Of a stretch of DNA of 64,000 nt, positions 54,501-63,186 are shown in pieces. Position 1 is the stretch's first letter, and each line of letters starts with the position of its first letter. This stretch comes from Thermodesulfovibrionales bacterium (lineage in GTDB: Bacteria > Nitrospirota > Thermodesulfovibrionia > Thermodesulfovibrionales > SM23-35), in assembly GCA_963715195.1 (NCBI GenBank), contig CAVQRT010000031.1:32001-96000 (forward strand). Direction: 5' to 3'. The notes below the pieces were generated by a model. It was not told the origin of the DNA. It worked only from the letters and a program-made list of their open reading frames with translations, and did no database searches. A program made the position numbers and the translations under genes.

Positions 54501-54909
54501 AACCCCGCGCCTGTTCTTTACCTACCTGCTCCAATGGATGATCAATAATTCCTCCGAAACTGAGCGCAAATGTGTTCAATCCCTGAGGTAATCTGACCCT
54601 AAACGACTCAACACTTGCATAAGGTAATGTTTTGTTCTCCTTCGTAATACGTACATTTTTTGACCGGGATATAGGATTCAGTCCCTCGTGGAGAAGAAAG
54701 CGGAAATCGCGAGGAAAATGATCAGGAATTGTTACCGTATCCTCTGCAGTGAATTGGTGTTCCTGCGGGTAAACAACTACGCTGAGGTCGTGATGGATAA
54801 CTGTATTGCCGAATGGCGGCTGGTCGGCGTCCAAAGAAAGCAAGGGAAGTCCAAGACTGATAATAATTCCAAGTATAATCGTTTTTAGAGAAAGCTTAAA
54901 CAATTTCAA
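51541..54909 (-). CDS. Secreted multidomain peptidase: M1-like + M28 + PDZ
   Basis: HEILHTWWGN...WSEGL (gluzincin), VGAHYDHLG, GADDNASG, FTGEE, SSDQ, DYHRPTD; C-terminal PDZ (SPAEKAGL). Confidence 0.85.
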   Translation of the reverse strand: MKLFKLSLKTIILGIIISLGLPLLSLDADQPPFGNTVIHHDLSVVVYPQEHQFTAEDTVTIPDHFPRDFRFLLHEGLNPISRSKNVRITKENKTLPYASVESFRVRLPQGLNTFALSFGGIIDHPLEQVGKEQARGYSHTLGKIADEGVYLSGHSHWYPGFDTAFLTFSLAVELPRDWDAVSQGERALHKRADTKTYVRWISPEPQEEIFLVAGRFEEYVKSANNLQAMVFLRSPDKALAAKYLDATVRYISMYEKLIGPYPYEKFALVENFWETGFGMPSFTLLGPKVIRFPFIINTSYPHEILHTWWGNSIFPDNEYGNWSEGLTAYLSDHLNAEQQGEGLAYRQTTLQKYADYVTGGNDFPLTAFRSRHSSSSEAIGYGKSLMFFHMLRLELGDEIFIGGLQEFYRKNKFRYASFHSLRQSFEDVSGKDLRVMFEQWIMRTGAPELRINDVQIHTEKDTYVLTAAIEQVQKGQPYHFLLPVAITMEGQEQAYQTSLLIDKTRAELKLNLHARPLRVDFDPEFDIFRRLDRNEIPPAITQVLGAKKLLVLLPSSARSHLLQAYRTFAEALSNAGPERVEIKGDHEISSLPSESAVCILGMENRFLQKVLETLSRYELRMDQESLQIGTSTISLENHSLVFTGRNPGNQDAALLFVTTDSPKALKGLSRKLPHYHKYSYLAFRGDEPQNIAKGRWPVTDSPMSIFLPNEKGTSLNVEKGKLNKRKSLAPVSQNFSTERMMKTINFLSSDEMKGRALGSQELDRAAEYIAQQFREAGLKPADHVGDNYFQIWEENDRAGQRMLMKNVVGVIPGKKPEWSSQSVVVGAHYDHLGTEVIQDEKVQIYHGADDNASGIAVITEIARVLGKTMNPDRSVIFIAFTGEESGRKGSKYYVAHQQRYPKEGIIGMLNFDTVGRLNKNGLLILGSGSAKEWEHIFKGTGHMTGVGIELVSEELDSSDQKSFQEGGIPAVQFFSGPHLDYHRPTDTADKIDTDGLIKVASVAKEVIEYLAKRREPLTATIIPVQKTASELEKERKVSFGVIPDFGYKGEGCRVSGVVQNSPAEKAGLVKGDIIIQINKTPVRKLKDLSDILKALQPGDKISITYIRKGKEMTAESEVSVRQ

Positions 54910-54912
54910 GAG

Positions 54913-55983
54913 TTATTCAATCCAGTCGGCGATGAAAATATCTGTTGCCCTTGGTTTCTGAGGATTTCTGTTCGATGCGAAGGCAAGTTTTTTCCCGTCC
55001 GGTGAAAACATCGGGAACCCATCGAAGACCGTGTTATAGGTCAGTCTTTCCAGTCCTGAGCCGTCAGCATCTATTAAATACAGTTCAAAATTATGTCCAA
55101 ATCGTTGGATATCATCCCGCCAATCATCCATGTTGCTCGAAAAGATGATGCGTTTTCCGTCAGGATGCCATGACGGAGCAAAATTCGTTGCTTTATTGTG
55201 GAGTATTTTTCTTTTGTTTGATCCGTCTGTATCCATAACCCAAAGGTCAAGCGGCACAGGAACAATGTAATTGTTTTCCATGCAGTCATGCCATAGTGCC
55301 TTTTCCTCATCCGTCTCAGGATACCAAGCTCTCCAGACAATACTATTGCCATCAGGCGAAAACCACGGCCCTCCGTCGTACCCGACACGATCAGTCAGCC
55401 GCCTTACATTCAGGCCGTCTGAATCCATGATGTAGATATCAAAATCTCCGTCTCGCTGCGAGCCGAAAACGACCTTTTTCCCATCCGTCGAGATAATCGG
55501 CTCTGCATCATAACCCGGATTATCAGTTATTCTCTCCATGTTCGAACCATCGCTCTTTCCAATAAAAATATCGTATGGATAGAGAGGCCAGACATGTCCG
55601 GCAACCTGCGGAAGATTCGGCTTCGGTGGACAATCACCAGGCAGATGGCTTGTTGATGAAAAAATAATCCGCTGATTATCAGGAAAGAAAAAGGAGCACG
55701 TATGTGCTCCGTGATCAGGGCTGACCATGTGCTTGTCGGACCCGTCAGTGTTCATAATCCAGATCTTGTCACAGTTGTAACCACTCCTGTTTGATTGAAA
55801 TATAAGTTTATTGCCGTCAGGGCTGAAATAGGCCTCACCATTGTCGCCGTCAAAAGTTAGCTGGATAATGTTTGTCAAATGTTTTTCTACAAATGCCGGC
55901 CCAGCAGGTTTCACTACCTCGCTCCGCTGAGTACAGCCGGATATCAGGAGAAGCAATAAAGAATTGAGGACAATTGTTTTCAT
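54913..55983 (-). CDS. TolB-like PD40 repeat lipoprotein
   Basis: LISGC lipobox; GEAYFSPDG, YDGGPWFSPDG, FDGFPMFSPDG. Confidence 0.85.
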   Translation of the reverse strand: MKTIVLNSLLLLLISGCTQRSEVVKPAGPAFVEKHLTNIIQLTFDGDNGEAYFSPDGNKLIFQSNRSGYNCDKIWIMNTDGSDKHMVSPDHGAHTCSFFFPDNQRIIFSSTSHLPGDCPPKPNLPQVAGHVWPLYPYDIFIGKSDGSNMERITDNPGYDAEPIISTDGKKVVFGSQRDGDFDIYIMDSDGLNVRRLTDRVGYDGGPWFSPDGNSIVWRAWYPETDEEKALWHDCMENNYIVPVPLDLWVMDTDGSNKRKILHNKATNFAPSWHPDGKRIIFSSNMDDWRDDIQRFGHNFELYLIDADGSGLERLTYNTVFDGFPMFSPDGKKLAFASNRNPQKPRATDIFIADWIE

Positions 55984-55995
55984 TGTTTATTGTAC

Positions 55996-56023
55996 CTCGC
56001 GCACAACATATATTACGTAAACC
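55996..56023 (+). other. Candidate dif (XerCD) site
   Basis: CTCGCGCACAA-CATATA-TTACGTAAACC has the 11-6-11 layout resembling E. coli GGTGCGCATAA-TGTATA-TTATGTTAAAT; intergenic. Confidence 0.55.
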
Positions 56024-56092
56024 TCATCGGGAGATGCATCCTTTCGAACCATCTCATTGTATAATTATAGCGGATACAAACAGGGAAGATAT

Positions 56093-56602
56093 ATGGAGAA
56101 AAAGCTTCTCGAGACCATAAAAAAAGTTCATGTCTTTTTCAAACAGAATGGTTATACCCTGTCAGTTGCAGAATCATGCACTGGGGGCCTCATCAGTCAC
56201 CTCATCACTGCGCTCCCGGGTGCAAGCATTTTTTTTGAGGCAGGAGTTGTATCATACTCGGCAGACGCAAAAAGCTCTCTCCTGGAAGTCTCACGTGATT
56301 GCATAAATAGATATGGGGTCGTGAGTCCAGAGACTGCCCGTGAAATGGCTGAAAAGGTTCGGAGACTGACAGATACAGATTTTTCGCTCTCAACAACAGG
56401 GAACCTCGGACCAGATGTCCTTGAGGGAAAAGAGCGGGGCTTGATCTTCATTGCAGTCAGGATGAGAAGAAAAACCGCTGTCAGGGAACTGAGATTAAAA
56501 GGTCCCAGGGGAAAAATCAAAGAAGAAGCGTCTCTTTTAGCGTTGCAATTTCTGCTTGAAATAGCTGACAAACAAGAAACAGATCAAAGAAAGTTTCGCT
56601 AA
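56093..56602 (+). CDS. pncC: CinA C-terminal / NMN deamidase (PncC)
   Basis: LSVAESCTGGLI, PGAS, GVVS, STTGNLGP. Confidence 0.85.
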   Translation: MEKKLLETIKKVHVFFKQNGYTLSVAESCTGGLISHLITALPGASIFFEAGVVSYSADAKSSLLEVSRDCINRYGVVSPETAREMAEKVRRLTDTDFSLSTTGNLGPDVLEGKERGLIFIAVRMRRKTAVRELRLKGPRGKIKEEASLLALQFLLEIADKQETDQRKFR

Positions 56603-56604
56603 TC

Positions 56605-58668
56605 ATGGGGAAAAAGCCACCAAAGGATATCAGAGACGAAATAGAAAGGCTGGTCAATGACCTGAACTACCAGAGTTACCGTTATTATGTCCTTGATTCG
56701 CCGGTCATATCGGATGAAGAGTACGACCGCCTTTTTTTCCATCTAAAAGACCTTGAGGAGCGGCATCACTTTATCCTGCCGGATTCGCCGACACAGCGCG
56801 TTGGAGCCCCTCCCCTCGACAAGTTTGAGAAGGTGAAACATACAGAACCGATGCTCTCACTTGACAACGCTTTCACATACGGGGAGATGCACGAATTCGA
56901 CCGAAGAATCAGACGGCTCCTCAAAATTGATGAAGAGATTGAGTATACGGTTGAACCCAAGTATGACGGTCTTGCCATTGAACTTACCTATCGGGATGGA
57001 ATTCTCCAGAAAGCATCCACGAGAGGTGACGGATATGAGGGTGAAGATGTGACCCGGAATATAAAAACCGTTAAGTCCATTCCGATAAAAATCACTGAGG
57101 TCAGCATAATCCCTAAAGAAATTGATATCCGTGGCGAAGTGTATATGGATATCGAAGAGTTCAATAATCTCAATAGAGAAAGAGAGCAGACAGGGAAGCC
57201 CCTCTTTGCCAATCCGCGAAATGCTGCTGCCGGTTCGGTGAGGCAGCTCGATTCCGCTGTTACAGCTGCGCGGAGACTTCATCTCGCCTGTTACGGAGCA
57301 GGCTCAATACAGGGGATTGAGTTCGAAAGCCAGTGGGAATTTATCGGTTGGCTGGAAAAAGCGCGGTTTCCCATCCCTGCAATAGTAAAAAAAGAACGCG
57401 GAATTGGAAAGGTCATTACATTCATCAGGGAGCTTGAGGAAAAAAGAAAGCACCTTTCATTCGAAACAGACGGATCGGTAGTGAAGGTAAACGATTTTGC
57501 CTTGCAAAAGCAGCTCGGCATAAAAACAAGAGAACCCCGCTGGGCAATCGCTTACAAATACGCTGCCCACCAAGGCATAACCAAAATTCTGGATATACAG
57601 GGGAGCGTCGGAAGAACCGGCGTCATCACCCCGTTTGCCATTTTTCAACCAGTCAGGATTGGGGGGGTTACCGTCTCGCGCTCCACGCTTCATAATTGGG
57701 ATGAGATGAGCAGGAAGGACATCAGGATCGGCGACACGGTGGTTGTGGAAAGGGCGGGGGACGTCATCCCCCATGTTATTGCTGTCATAAAAGATAACCG
57801 TACAGGAAAAGAAAGGCTTTTCCCTGTGCCTCAGAAGTGTCCGGTTTGCGGCTCAAGGGTCACCAATGAAGAAGGAGAGGTTGCTGTGCGATGTGTCGGA
57901 TTGAATTGTCCTGCGCAGGTTCAGGAGAAGATCATCCACTTTGCCTCAAGAGGTACTATGGATATTGAGGGTCTCGGCGAGAAAAACGTCGGACTCCTTT
58001 ATGCAAATGGACTGATTTCCCATTTCGTCGACATGTACAAACTGAAAAAAGAGGACCTTTTGAAACTGCCCCGGTTCGCAGAAAAATCCTCCCAGAATCT
58101 CATCGATGCTATTGAAAAAAGCAAGCACACCAGCCTTGCGCGGTTCCTCTTCGCTCTCGGCATCCTGCACGTTGGTGAGTATGCGTCAAAACTCCTCGCC
58201 AGAAATTTCGAAAAGCTCGAGGATCTGTACTATGTGAAACCCGAACGAATCATGCAGATCAAACAGATGGGTGAAAAGATCACCCGTTCAGTATCAGACT
58301 TCTTCCACGATGCAGACAATCTGAACACCCTTAAGACATTACAGTCCCTGGGATTGGAGATCAAAAATCCTGATTTTGAAGGAAAAGGACCCGGAAAGGA
58401 AAAGGGGACACTGGAAGGACAAACAATTGTTGTCACTGGAACCTTGCCGAAACCAAGGGAAGAAGTTGAAGAACTCATTGAACGTCTCGGAGGACATGCC
58501 TCTTCTTCTGTTTCAAAAAACACCGATTTCGTGATAGTGGGACAAAATCCGGGATCAAAACTGCAGAAGGCTCGGCCACTTGGAATCAAAACTATTTCCT
58601 ATGACGAATTTCTGAAGCTCATCGAGCAGAGCAAAAGCGGAAGAACACACAGTAATAAACTTTTTTAA
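56605..58668 (+). CDS. ligA: NAD-dependent DNA ligase
   Basis: PMLSLDN, EPKYDG, STRGDG, ANPRNAAAGS, PRWAIAYK, zinc finger, BRCT. Confidence 0.97.
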   Translation: MGKKPPKDIRDEIERLVNDLNYQSYRYYVLDSPVISDEEYDRLFFHLKDLEERHHFILPDSPTQRVGAPPLDKFEKVKHTEPMLSLDNAFTYGEMHEFDRRIRRLLKIDEEIEYTVEPKYDGLAIELTYRDGILQKASTRGDGYEGEDVTRNIKTVKSIPIKITEVSIIPKEIDIRGEVYMDIEEFNNLNREREQTGKPLFANPRNAAAGSVRQLDSAVTAARRLHLACYGAGSIQGIEFESQWEFIGWLEKARFPIPAIVKKERGIGKVITFIRELEEKRKHLSFETDGSVVKVNDFALQKQLGIKTREPRWAIAYKYAAHQGITKILDIQGSVGRTGVITPFAIFQPVRIGGVTVSRSTLHNWDEMSRKDIRIGDTVVVERAGDVIPHVIAVIKDNRTGKERLFPVPQKCPVCGSRVTNEEGEVAVRCVGLNCPAQVQEKIIHFASRGTMDIEGLGEKNVGLLYANGLISHFVDMYKLKKEDLLKLPRFAEKSSQNLIDAIEKSKHTSLARFLFALGILHVGEYASKLLARNFEKLEDLYYVKPERIMQIKQMGEKITRSVSDFFHDADNLNTLKTLQSLGLEIKNPDFEGKGPGKEKGTLEGQTIVVTGTLPKPREEVEELIERLGGHASSSVSKNTDFVIVGQNPGSKLQKARPLGIKTISYDEFLKLIEQSKSGRTHSNKLF

Positions 58669-58898
58669 TCTCGGTTCGCGCATAACATGAAATTTCGTCT
58701 TCAATGAAATTAATGACTTACAATTTTTTCTTGCAGATAAATCAGCAAGAAAATTGCACAATTAATGCAATTCCCCGAAAAAGGATGATTTAAAGGTTTG
58801 AGCACAGTCCCGGATTTCTTCAACTCAACACCATAGATACTTTTCGATTGGTGAGACTTACAATTGGAAATGAATGGAAGTGATACGTGTTAGCTCTT

Positions 58899-59392
58899 TC
58901 ATTCATTTCCACCTACCTCTGATTTACTGTTCGACATGAACTCTGTAATGTAGTAGAAAACATCTCTTTCATACAACATCCCAATAACGCTGCCTTCTCT
59001 ATTCAAGACAGGGACTCTCTTGACATTATGTTTCAGCATATGATCGATACACTCCATGATTGGTGAATCTTCCTTGACGGTGGTAACCGTTTTTGTCATT
59101 AAATCGCTGACTTTTCTGTCCGCCATTTTTGAGCAAGAGCTTCTACCATCCCATCCCACGTAAAGCTTCCTAATTCCATGAGATACATATATTTCGGATA
59201 AACTGCCTTGAGGATATCTCCGATCGAAAGAATACCTATCAATTTGTCTTCTGAATCAAGCACTGGCAAAGCCTTAGCTCCAGTCTTCTCTTCGCCTCTC
59301 CGGGCTATCCTGAGGATATAACCTGCTTCTTTGAGCGTATGATCAGGACTTAAATATTCCAGCAAAGGAATCATCAAATCCTTAGCCTTCAT
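58899..59392 (-). CDS. CBS-pair protein, 1-nt frameshift in the T5 run near 59128
   Basis: MKAKDLM...LPVLD...IGILS and VSDLMT...RVPVL in two frames; adding one A joins them. Confidence 0.75.
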
Positions 59393-59421
59393 TCACACCT
59401 CCCTGAGATAAATTATTCGCA

Positions 59422-59462
59422 ATAAAAAAGCCGCTATAGGTAGATATCCACCTAATAGCGGC
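59422..59462 (-). promoter_or_regulatory. Terminator-like hairpin in the CBS gene leader
   Basis: Minus strand GCCGCTA(T)TAGGTGG-atat-CTACCTATAGCGGC then T6, about 30 nt upstream of the start. Confidence 0.55.
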
Positions 59463-59950
59463 CCCACTATCCTTTTGTGCTCCCTTCAGAAATAGAAACA
59501 ATTTCTGAACCCTAGCTATTTCCCAATTCTAAGAATGAATTGTCAAGCGATAAGTGATTTGTGTCGACAGTGCTTATCTCTCTAAAATATCCTTCAAAGG
59601 CATGTATTGTCGTCAATGAGTTGTTATAAATTTTAGTGATTACTTTTTAAGCATATTAATATACCTCGATTAGTATGTGAAAAGCATAGAGACTTTGATA
59701 CTCGAAGTCCTGTGGAGGAAGAATGCTTGCCTCTCAGGATTCTCATGAATGCTATGTGAAATTTGCCCCGTAAGACGCATGCCCTTTTTCTCTCTGCCAC
59801 CTACACACAAAAATGTTTAGCTGATTGCAGAATTTAATGATTATAGAAAGAAAGTTTGTGCGTTAAAAGAATGAGGCGGTGACCTGCATATTTACTGCAT
59901 AGTTCAGGGAGTTAGAGCGATGATAAGGGATTGTAAGTCTTTGATTTATA

Positions 59951-60025
59951 TGGTAGGCGCGAAGGGGATTGAACCCTTGGCCTCTTCCGCGTCAAGGAAG
60001 CGCTCTCCCACTGAGCTACGCGCCT
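59951..60025 (-). tRNA. tRNA-Val(GAC)
   Basis: AGGCGCG acceptor, CTTCC-TTGACGC-GGAAG anticodon arm, GGTTCAATCC, CCA end. Confidence 0.97.
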
Positions 60026-60105
60026 GCAAGAACATATAAAATAACATTTTTGCCCTCATCCCTGTCAACCTCCGAAGAGCTATGCAGGGCGGGAAGGACG
60101 ACAAA

Positions 60106-60519
60106 TTAGAAAATCTCAAGAGCAGGGAAGAAGTACGGAATCTCATATCCAGCGGATTCTGATGAATCCGATCCATGCACGATATTGTGCTCGATATCCG
60201 AGGCAAAATCGGCTCTGATTGTTCCAGATGCTGCATCTTTTGGATTTGTTGCACCCATGACCTGCCGGACTTTTTGAATTGCGTTTTCGCCTTCAACAAC
60301 CATCACCACGATCGGCCCTTCTGACATGAACTGTGAGAGGCTTCCATAAAAAGGCCTTTCCTTGTGAACGATGTAAAAACCCTTCGCATCATCCACTGAC
60401 ATCCTGAGCATCCTGAGTGCAGAGATCCTGAGTCCCTGCTGTTCAAATCTCTTTATCACCTCACCGATCAGGTTCTTTTTCACTCCATCCGGTTTTACTA
60501 TTGATAACGTTCTCTCCAT
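60106..60519 (-). CDS. ndk: Nucleoside diphosphate kinase
   Basis: [28 protein letters not shown]. Confidence 0.97.
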   Translation of the reverse strand: MERTLSIVKPDGVKKNLIGEVIKRFEQQGLRISALRMLRMSVDDAKGFYIVHKERPFYGSLSQFMSEGPIVVMVVEGENAIQKVRQVMGATNPKDAASGTIRADFASDIEHNIVHGSDSSESAGYEIPYFFPALEIF

Positions 60520-60529
60520 CTATCCTCCA

Positions 60530-61456
60530 CTATATTGAAAGATTCTCAACCAATTTTCTGACAGTTGCACTGGACTTCCTGAACTGGGTCTTTTCTTCTT
60601 TTGTTAATTTTACCTCGATGATTTTTTCAACTCCCTCTTTTCCGAGGATGACAGGCACGCCCATATAAATGTCTTTTATCCCGTATTCCCCGTTCAGAAA
60701 TGCTGCACAGGGCAGCAGACGTTTCTGGTCAAGGAGAATCGATTTGACCATCTGGTATGTTGATGCAGCCGGAGCATAATAGGCGCTCCCTGATTTCAGG
60801 AAGGAGACAATTTCAGCGCCTCCTTTTCTGGTCCGCTCTATCAGAGCGTCGATTTTCTTTTTTGGCAGGAGTTCGGTCATCGGGATACCCTTCACGGTCG
60901 TAAATCTTGGAAGAGGCAGCATGTCATACCCGTGACCACCAAGCACGGTTGCTTCAATATCTTCAGGTGATACATGCACTTCCCAGGCAAGAAAAGATGT
61001 CATCCGCGCAGCATCAAGGATTCCACCCATCCCCATTACCCGCCGGCAGGAAAACTCGGTGGTTTTCCATGCGAGTTGAGCCATGATGTCCATCGGATTT
61101 GTGACGATAATGATGATAGCGTTCGGTGAATGCTTTGCAATCTCGATACATGCTCCTCTGACGATGTCAGCATTTGCGTGGAGCAGGTCACTCCGGGACA
61201 TCCCGGGCTTTCTTGCAAGCCCTGCGGTAACAACAACGAGATCAGAACCGGCTGTATCAGCATAGCTGTTTGTACCAGTAACCGAAGATGATGAATTCCA
61301 GAGCGGACAGGCCTCTGCCATGTCCAGGGCCTTTCCCTGGGGCATCCCGTCTACAATATCAAAGAGCACAACATCGGCTATGCCTGACTGCACAATGAGC
61401 TGTGCAGTGGTAGCGCCGACATTCCCTGCTCCGATGACTGATACTTTTTTCTTCAT
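60530..61456 (-). CDS. mdh: Malate dehydrogenase (LDH-like)
   Basis: VIGAGNVG, TAGLARKPGMSR, VTNP, VLGGHG, GSAYYAPA. Confidence 0.93.
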   Translation of the reverse strand: MKKKVSVIGAGNVGATTAQLIVQSGIADVVLFDIVDGMPQGKALDMAEACPLWNSSSSVTGTNSYADTAGSDLVVVTAGLARKPGMSRSDLLHANADIVRGACIEIAKHSPNAIIIIVTNPMDIMAQLAWKTTEFSCRRVMGMGGILDAARMTSFLAWEVHVSPEDIEATVLGGHGYDMLPLPRFTTVKGIPMTELLPKKKIDALIERTRKGGAEIVSFLKSGSAYYAPAASTYQMVKSILLDQKRLLPCAAFLNGEYGIKDIYMGVPVILGKEGVEKIIEVKLTKEEKTQFRKSSATVRKLVENLSI

Positions 61457-61516
61457 GGCGGAGTAAAATTATAGACGATGTCCGGGAAGAATGGCAAGGA
61501 AACGACAGATATCCTA

Positions 61517-62812
61517 TTAGGCAGCTGGCTTTTCAGGCATATTTTCAAGTTTCACTTTGGAAATTCTCTGCCCTACCATCTCTGATATGGTTATCCTTTT
61601 CTCCTCGATATCGACGACATCACCGACCTTGGGGATTTTCTGAAGGCTTGTGAGCAAAAAGCCGCTGAGTGTTTCGTATTCCGGGGATTCAGGGATCTCG
61701 ATATGATGGTCTTCCTTTAAGTCACGTATGCTGATTGATGCATCAACGAGTAATATCCCCCCGCCAAGCTGTATGACAGGACTCTCAATATCGTATTCAT
61801 CCCTGATTTCTCCAACAATTTCTTCGAGGAGATCTTCCATCGTTACGAGGCCTGAAACACCGCCGTATTCATCGATGACCAAAGCCATATGAACCCGCTT
61901 CCTTTGCATCTCTCTGAGGAGATTGCTTATCTTCATGGTCTCAGGAATGAAGAAGGGTGGTTTTATGAGTTTTCTGATATCAACAGTGCCTTTTGCCATG
62001 GCATTGAAGAAGTCCTTGACGTACAAAATTCCTCTGATGTCATTCAGGTCTTTCCCGATTACCGGATAGCGAGAGAACTGTTCTTCGGTGATTACTGTTT
62101 TCATATCATCAACAGGCAGGTTCAGGCTGATCGTCACCATCTGTGTGGTTGGAACCATAACTTCTTTGACTGACATGTCTGTAAATTCAAATACGCTGTG
62201 AATGAGTGCCTGCTCGGTTGGTTCAAATACCCCCTGTTCGCCCCCTTCCCGGATGAGCATCCGGATTTCTTCCTCTGTGATGGCCCTTCCGGTATGAGTT
62301 TTTTTGCCGAATGGTTTCAGCAGGATGTTTGTGCTGTAAGTCAGTATCTGCACAAAGATGAACGCAGTCTTTGAGAAGAGGTGGACGACTTTTGCTGTTT
62401 TCATGCCGATTCGCTCAGGGTTTGTCAGGGCGATGGATTTGGGGATCAGCTCCCCGAAGATGAGAAGGAAATAAGTAATGAAGACCGTCACAACTGCGAT
62501 CGATAGCCCTTCAGCCGATGCCGATATTATTTGTATGGGAACTTCCTGGATGACGGGTTTGATAACCTGAACCGCGGTTGCACCTCCGATGGCCGCGGCA
62601 ATTACTCCGGCGAGCGTGATGCCGATCTGAATTGTTGCAAGAAATCTGTCAGGGTTTTCCTTGAATTGCTGGAGGATGAGTGCGTTCTTGTCGCCTTTTT
62701 CCGCGAGCTGCCGGATCCTGATTCTTCGAGTAGCAACGACGGCTATTTCCGCGGCAGCAAAGAACCCGTTTATGATGATGAAAATGATGATCAGAACGAT
62801 ATCAGACCACAT
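61517..62812 (-). CDS. Hemolysin/CNNM family protein (DUF21-CBS-CorC)
   Basis: NGFFAAAEIA, FLATIQIGIT, GELIPK, FSRYPV, VIDEYGG...EDLLEEIVGEI. Confidence 0.9.
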   Translation of the reverse strand: MWSDIVLIIIFIIINGFFAAAEIAVVATRRIRIRQLAEKGDKNALILQQFKENPDRFLATIQIGITLAGVIAAAIGGATAVQVIKPVIQEVPIQIISASAEGLSIAVVTVFITYFLLIFGELIPKSIALTNPERIGMKTAKVVHLFSKTAFIFVQILTYSTNILLKPFGKKTHTGRAITEEEIRMLIREGGEQGVFEPTEQALIHSVFEFTDMSVKEVMVPTTQMVTISLNLPVDDMKTVITEEQFSRYPVIGKDLNDIRGILYVKDFFNAMAKGTVDIRKLIKPPFFIPETMKISNLLREMQRKRVHMALVIDEYGGVSGLVTMEDLLEEIVGEIRDEYDIESPVIQLGGGILLVDASISIRDLKEDHHIEIPESPEYETLSGFLLTSLQKIPKVGDVVDIEEKRITISEMVGQRISKVKLENMPEKPAA

Positions 62813-62899
62813 GTTCAGGGAGAAGAAGTTGCAGTTTCCTTTTGAACTGCGAAAAGGCTTCTGTGCAGAGGTAAGTCTGCCTGATACCTATATCACACT

Positions 62900-63033
62900 G
62901 CATTCCCGCCCGGCGAATCACCTCGGCGACTCGCCTGAGACGAGGATTCTTCTGCACACAAATATATGCAGAAAATAAACGAGGAAAGATTCCGGCTCGT
63001 CCAAAATGACGGCGGGCTCGCAAGCCGGAATGA
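62900..63033. repeat. REP-like inverted doublet with internal expansions
   Basis: GCATTCCCG...GGATTCTTCT ... GAAAGATTCCGGC...CAAGCCGGAATGACA; same family as 32141-32228. Confidence 0.6.
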
Positions 63034-63186
63034 CACTGTACTAATGCAAATGTCTTGTTTCCATTTTTCAGCAGGGTATGACTTTTCAATATTGGAAATT
63101 GCTTGGGATTTGGAATTTGGGGTTTGGTATTAAATTTGGTATGTGGTGGTTTATCTCTTGATGAACTGTCACTTTCCATAGACGGG

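Noticed and set aside
59480..59520. CTAGGGTTC resembling the guanidine-I (ykkC) riboswitch start
   Set aside because: The downstream GGTCCGAG and AAAAGCCCGGGAG elements are missing.
59946..60299. 117-aa ORF overlapping tRNA-Val and ndk
   Set aside because: It overlaps real features out of frame.
62802..63179. 125-aa ORF between icd and the hemolysin gene
   Set aside because: It translates REP and heptamer repeats and is probably spurious.
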